From: an uncultured Methanosarcinales archaeon | GTDB taxonomy: Archaea > Nanobdellota > Nanobdellia > Woesearchaeales > UBA583 | Direction: 5' to 3' | DNA: 64,000 nucleotides | Assembly: GCA_964621065.1 (NCBI GenBank) | Contig: CAZULG010000001.1 | Coordinates: 11,082 to 75,081 of the forward strand | Shown here: piece by piece, positions 60,324-64,000 of the stretch | How the letters are laid out: every line of letters starts with the position of its first letter | Position numbering within the stretch: the stretch's first letter is position 1 | Notes under the pieces: model-generated | Database searches by the model: none | Seen by the model: the letters and a program-made list of their open reading frames with translations, nothing else | What the model was told of the DNA's origin: nothing | Translations under genes and position numbers: made by a program

Positions 60324-61988
60324 CTATAACAACTGCTTTAATATATCAAATACTTTTTCTTGGTGAATTTGTCGAGGGACAATTATATAATCTGCTCCTA
60401 ACTCATACAAATCATTTGCAATTTCAACATCACTTGCTTGCAAAATAATATATGCTTTAGGATTTTCCTTTCGAATACTCTCAACTATAGTGTATGCAGT
60501 CTCATCATCATTTTTAAAACTTACAAATGCTTTAAAATCAGTAATATTGAATTGTTGTAATAATTCAGGATTTGTTAAATCTCCTCGAATAGTTGGGATT
60601 TGCTTTGATTGAAGTTGTTTTATCTTTCGGGGTTCTTCTTCAATAACTGCGTAGGAGTATTTTGAATTGTGAAGATAGAATAAATGATTTTGTTGATCTG
60701 AATCGAGTCCATGCAGAAGTACTTGAACTGAGTGTTGAGTTGTAGCATTTGGATTTTTAGTGTATGAGTTAAATCGCTTCAAAAAAGGTTTTAATCTTGT
60801 ATAATATGTGTCTGAGTGATAATATAAATATGAAGATACCATCATTGTGATGAGCATTACAAATGTGAGAATTGAAATCTCTGTATTGGTAATGAGCCCT
60901 TTATTGAGCGCTAAAAGACCAATAATTAATGAGAACTCAGAAATTTGTGATACTGCAAGCCCTGCATTGAATGAAACTTTGGGAGTATAGCGAAGCGTTG
61001 ATAATAACAAAAAAACAATAATTGGATTTCCAATAAGAATAAGTAATGTGAGAGGGATAATTAAAGGAAGTAGATCTACGATTTCAGTACCTATTTTTTC
61101 AAGAATTTGAGAAGTATCATCAGTTGTTGTGTCAAATGAAGAAGAAAACATTTGTGAACCTAATACGATGAAAAACATAATAAGGAAGAAATCTCGAAGT
61201 GGTTTTATTTTAGCTGAAATTTCATGATGCATATTTGTTGAAGCTAGAGCAATTCCTGCAATTAATGAACCAATCTCAAGTGAAAATCCTAAAAAATTAA
61301 ACAAAGCAGCAATTCCTAAACACCATGAAACAGAATAGATTAATAATAATTCTGAATTGTGACCTGATGAAAAGAAAAAATCAACTACATATTTTGCACC
61401 AAAAATGAGAGCAATTGATATAAATATTGTTAATATGATTGTTGTTAAAATTTGAAAAAGTGGAACTCCTGTTGAATATTGAACAAATGATTCAATTCCA
61501 ATAAGTGCAAATACTGCAACAAAGTCTTGAACAAGTAAAAAACCTAGTGATATCTTTCCAGCCAATGTGTCAAGTGCATTTTTATCACTTAAAATTTTAA
61601 CAATTACAATTGTTGATGAAAACGCAATTGCAACTGATAAAATAAGTGCAGCTGTGAAATTATACCCTAAGAGCATAATCATTATAATTGCAATTGTAAC
61701 TGTAAAGATAATTTGTCCAACACCTGTTATAACTGCGGGGGCTCCAACTTCTTTAATAAGGCGAGGGTTGAGATGAAGACCAACTATGAAGAGTAGAAAT
61801 GCAACTCCTATGTGTGAGAATAACTCATAATACCCACTTTGTGATAATACGTTAAAAAATATTGGACCAAGTAATACTCCTCCTAGAATATATGCGATAA
61901 GAGTTGGTTGCTTTAAGTATGTTATAATAAAGGATAAAATAAAAATAATTAGAAAAACAAGTGCAAATTCATTAAACATTGAAACCAT
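60324..61988 (-). CDS. Kef-type cation:proton antiporter (CPA2) with TrkA-N-like domain
   Basis: LFIVGL, FSSTIVIVK, LLVQD, SQISEFS and LYELGADYII. Confidence 0.92.
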   Translation of the reverse strand: MVSMFNEFALVFLIIFILSFIITYLKQPTLIAYILGGVLLGPIFFNVLSQSGYYELFSHIGVAFLLFIVGLHLNPRLIKEVGAPAVITGVGQIIFTVTIAIIMIMLLGYNFTAALILSVAIAFSSTIVIVKILSDKNALDTLAGKISLGFLLVQDFVAVFALIGIESFVQYSTGVPLFQILTTIILTIFISIALIFGAKYVVDFFFSSGHNSELLLIYSVSWCLGIAALFNFLGFSLEIGSLIAGIALASTNMHHEISAKIKPLRDFFLIMFFIVLGSQMFSSSFDTTTDDTSQILEKIGTEIVDLLPLIIPLTLLILIGNPIIVFLLLSTLRYTPKVSFNAGLAVSQISEFSLIIGLLALNKGLITNTEISILTFVMLITMMVSSYLYYHSDTYYTRLKPFLKRFNSYTKNPNATTQHSVQVLLHGLDSDQQNHLFYLHNSKYSYAVIEEEPRKIKQLQSKQIPTIRGDLTNPELLQQFNITDFKAFVSFKNDDETAYTIVESIRKENPKAYIILQASDVEIANDLYELGADYIIVPRQIHQEKVFDILKQLL

Positions 61989-62254
61989 ATATTATTTAAA
62001 AATTTCAAATTTAATTTATAAATTTAAAGAATTACTCTAAAGAAAAAAATACATACGTTTTAGAGAAAAATACCAAAAAAATCAATAGACAAAACACGAG
62101 TAAATATCTCAATTGATACTCAATTAAACGATATTTTTGAACAAGAAAAATTTAAATAAATCTGCCCTTATAGAGTCTCTACTCTACAAATATTTAACTT
62201 TAGCACAGAATAAAACTCAAGTCTCAAGTCCCCAAACTCAACACCCTAAAGAAG

Positions 62255-62328
62255 TGATCCGCCCCAGACTCGAACTGGGGACCACACGATTATCAGTCGT
62301 GCATTCTAACCTACTGAACTAGCGGATC
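62255..62328 (-). tRNA. tRNA-Ile(GAT)
   Basis: GATCCGC/GCGGATC acceptor, CACGA-CTGATAA-TCGTG anticodon arm, TTCGAG T-loop; no intron, CCA not encoded. Confidence 0.95.
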
Positions 62329-62350
62329 AAGAATTGCTAGAATAACAAAG

Positions 62351-62423
62351 CGCCTCATGCAGGACTCGAACCTGCGACAACATGGTTAACAGCCATGTGC
62401 TCTACCTACTGAGCTAATGAGGC
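62351..62423 (-). tRNA. tRNA-Asn(GTT)
   Basis: GCCTCAT/ATGAGGC acceptor, CATGG-CTGTTAA-CCATG anticodon arm; 22-nt spacer to tRNA-Ile. Confidence 0.95.
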
Positions 62424-62545
62424 ATACTATTGATAATTTATGAGGCATTTATAAATATTTTGTTATTAATCCAAATTAGATTATAGACCATATTCATTTA
62501 TTAATTGTAATTACAAAAAAGATTTATATACTCTCAATTTAAATA

Positions 62546-63610
62546 ATGACTATGTCAATTTATAAACACTCTCAAAAAAAAGGACTTCCTCCTGGGAGTT
62601 TAGTGTTTGTTGGATATCAAAAAGTCGAACACAGTAGTATTTCTCTAATTTCATATTCTAAACATACACACAAAATACAAAAAAATGTTAAAGTGACAGA
62701 TTTATCTCAATTGTCTAAAGATGAAGTTCACTGGATAAACATTAATGGAATTCACGACACACAACTTGTTAATTCAGTAGGAGAATTGTTTTCTATTCAC
62801 TCTTTAACACTTGAAGATATTCTCAATACCAATCAACGACCTAAAATTGAATTGTTTGAAAAATATTATTACACAACAATAAAAATGCTCTCATATAACA
62901 AAAAGAGTAAATCCATTCAAGTTGAACAAATCAGCTGTATTTTAATTGATAATTATGTATTACTCTTTCAAGAAACAAAAGAAGATATATTTGAACCAAT
63001 TCGAAAACGAATCGCAATTCCTGATTCACGAATTAGAAGTAGAGGAGCAGATTATCTTCTCTACATATTACTAGATATCATTGTTGATCAATATTTTGAA
63101 ATATTAGAACATTTAGGAAATGATTTAGAACAACATGAAGAAGAATTATTATTAGACAATAATAGAGATATTCTCAATAATATATATCAACTCAAAAGAG
63201 AAATTATTTTTTTAAGACGAAATATTTGGCCACTTCGAGAAGCGATTGCAAAGCTTGAGAAACAAGAAGAACATATATTTATTCAAGACTCAACTCTTCC
63301 ATATTTGAGAGATCTATATGACCATGTCATACAAGTAATTGACACAATAGAAAATAATCGAGAATTAAGCTCAGCTCTATTAGAATTATATGTTTCAAAT
63401 GTCAATACACGACTTAATGAAGTGATGAAAACACTCACAATATTTGCAGCAATTTTTATACCTTTAACATTTATTGTCGGAATTTATGGGATGAATTTTG
63501 AGAATATGCCTGAATTAACATGGAAATATGGATATTATGGTATTTTAGGGTTTATGGGTGTGCTTGTTGTTGTTTTATTATCTTTTTTCAAATATCGAAA
63601 ATGGATTTAA
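62546..63610 (+). CDS. corA: Magnesium/cobalt transporter CorA
   Basis: GLPPGSL, LEDILNTNQRPKIE and GIYGMNFENMPEL. Confidence 0.96.
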   Translation: MTMSIYKHSQKKGLPPGSLVFVGYQKVEHSSISLISYSKHTHKIQKNVKVTDLSQLSKDEVHWININGIHDTQLVNSVGELFSIHSLTLEDILNTNQRPKIELFEKYYYTTIKMLSYNKKSKSIQVEQISCILIDNYVLLFQETKEDIFEPIRKRIAIPDSRIRSRGADYLLYILLDIIVDQYFEILEHLGNDLEQHEEELLLDNNRDILNNIYQLKREIIFLRRNIWPLREAIAKLEKQEEHIFIQDSTLPYLRDLYDHVIQVIDTIENNRELSSALLELYVSNVNTRLNEVMKTLTIFAAIFIPLTFIVGIYGMNFENMPELTWKYGYYGILGFMGVLVVVLLSFFKYRKWI

Positions 63611-63696
63611 ATTATTTACATAACAATTATTATAAATTATAATAATAACAAATTAACTTCAAAAAATATTTAAACATTGAATTACTATAGAGATAT

Positions 63697-63897
63697 ATGA
63701 AAAATATTTCAAAAATAACCTTAGTAATAGTCATCCTATCATCACTCATGTTTGCTGGATGTGAAGGAGTTGAAGATGTTGTAGAACAATCTGAAGAAAA
63801 TAATATGTTTGAAATGAATAGTTCTCAAAACAATCAAGTGAATGAAGAACCGGCAATACCACCAACTGGTCAAGACGTTTCAATACCAACTGGTTAA
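63697..63897 (+). CDS. Small lipoprotein-like secreted peptide
   Basis: Signal peptide ending LMFAGC; acidic tail. Confidence 0.55.
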   Translation: MKNISKITLVIVILSSLMFAGCEGVEDVVEQSEENNMFEMNSSQNNQVNEEPAIPPTGQDVSIPTG

Positions 63898-64000
63898 ATC
63901 CGAATTATATAAAACAAAACAGTAAATTTTGAGTTAATTAGGTTATTTTAAATTTTTACTCCAAAAAAAGTAAATTACTGTTAAATAAGAGTTGCTGTAT

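Noticed and set aside
6587..61776. Numerous 60-136 aa ORFs nested in or antisense to long genes (e.g. 13051, 15842, 26553, 33627, 47885, 52467)
   Set aside because: Fully overlapped by well-supported CDSs; no motifs.
62137..62322. 61-aa ORF
   Set aside because: Overlaps tRNA-Ile on the opposite strand.
62255..62423. tRNA-associated integrated element
   Set aside because: No tRNA 3'-end duplicate or integrase seen; flanks are housekeeping transporters.

Overview
Very AT-rich archaeal chromosome segment. TBP, Cdc6/Orc1, EF-1beta, PolD large subunit, ABCE1/Rli, ZPR1 and A/V-ATPase subunits are present. The compact layout, mixed with bacterial-type thrS, rpiB and RsuA/RluB, fits a DPANN lineage such as Woesearchaeota/Nanoarchaeota (inferred, not tested). 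There are three accessory zones. (1) About 1.4-5 kb is a decaying AT-rich region with two pseudogenes, short repeats and a palindromic Xer/dif-like 28-bp site. (2) About 12-23.4 kb is a type I restriction-modification island interrupted by cargo: an AlbA_2/HATPase protein, a 2-TM protein and an ImmA/IrrE + PIN pair. It also has a RelE TA pair and a dead hsdS tail. (3) About 27.6-30.8 kb holds a stand-alone WYL gene, two RelE TA pairs and a lipoprotein. Zones 2 and 3 both lie just downstream of a gene whose 3' end is duplicated and followed by members of a family of C-GNA-G mini-hairpin (REP-like) repeats. Other notable items are a PolD DP2 gene encoding only the C-terminal part, an MraZ-like protein, an mTERF-like repeat protein, a 2174-aa surface protein and tRNA-Asn/tRNA-Ile. 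All calls come from motif recognition by eye; no searches were run.
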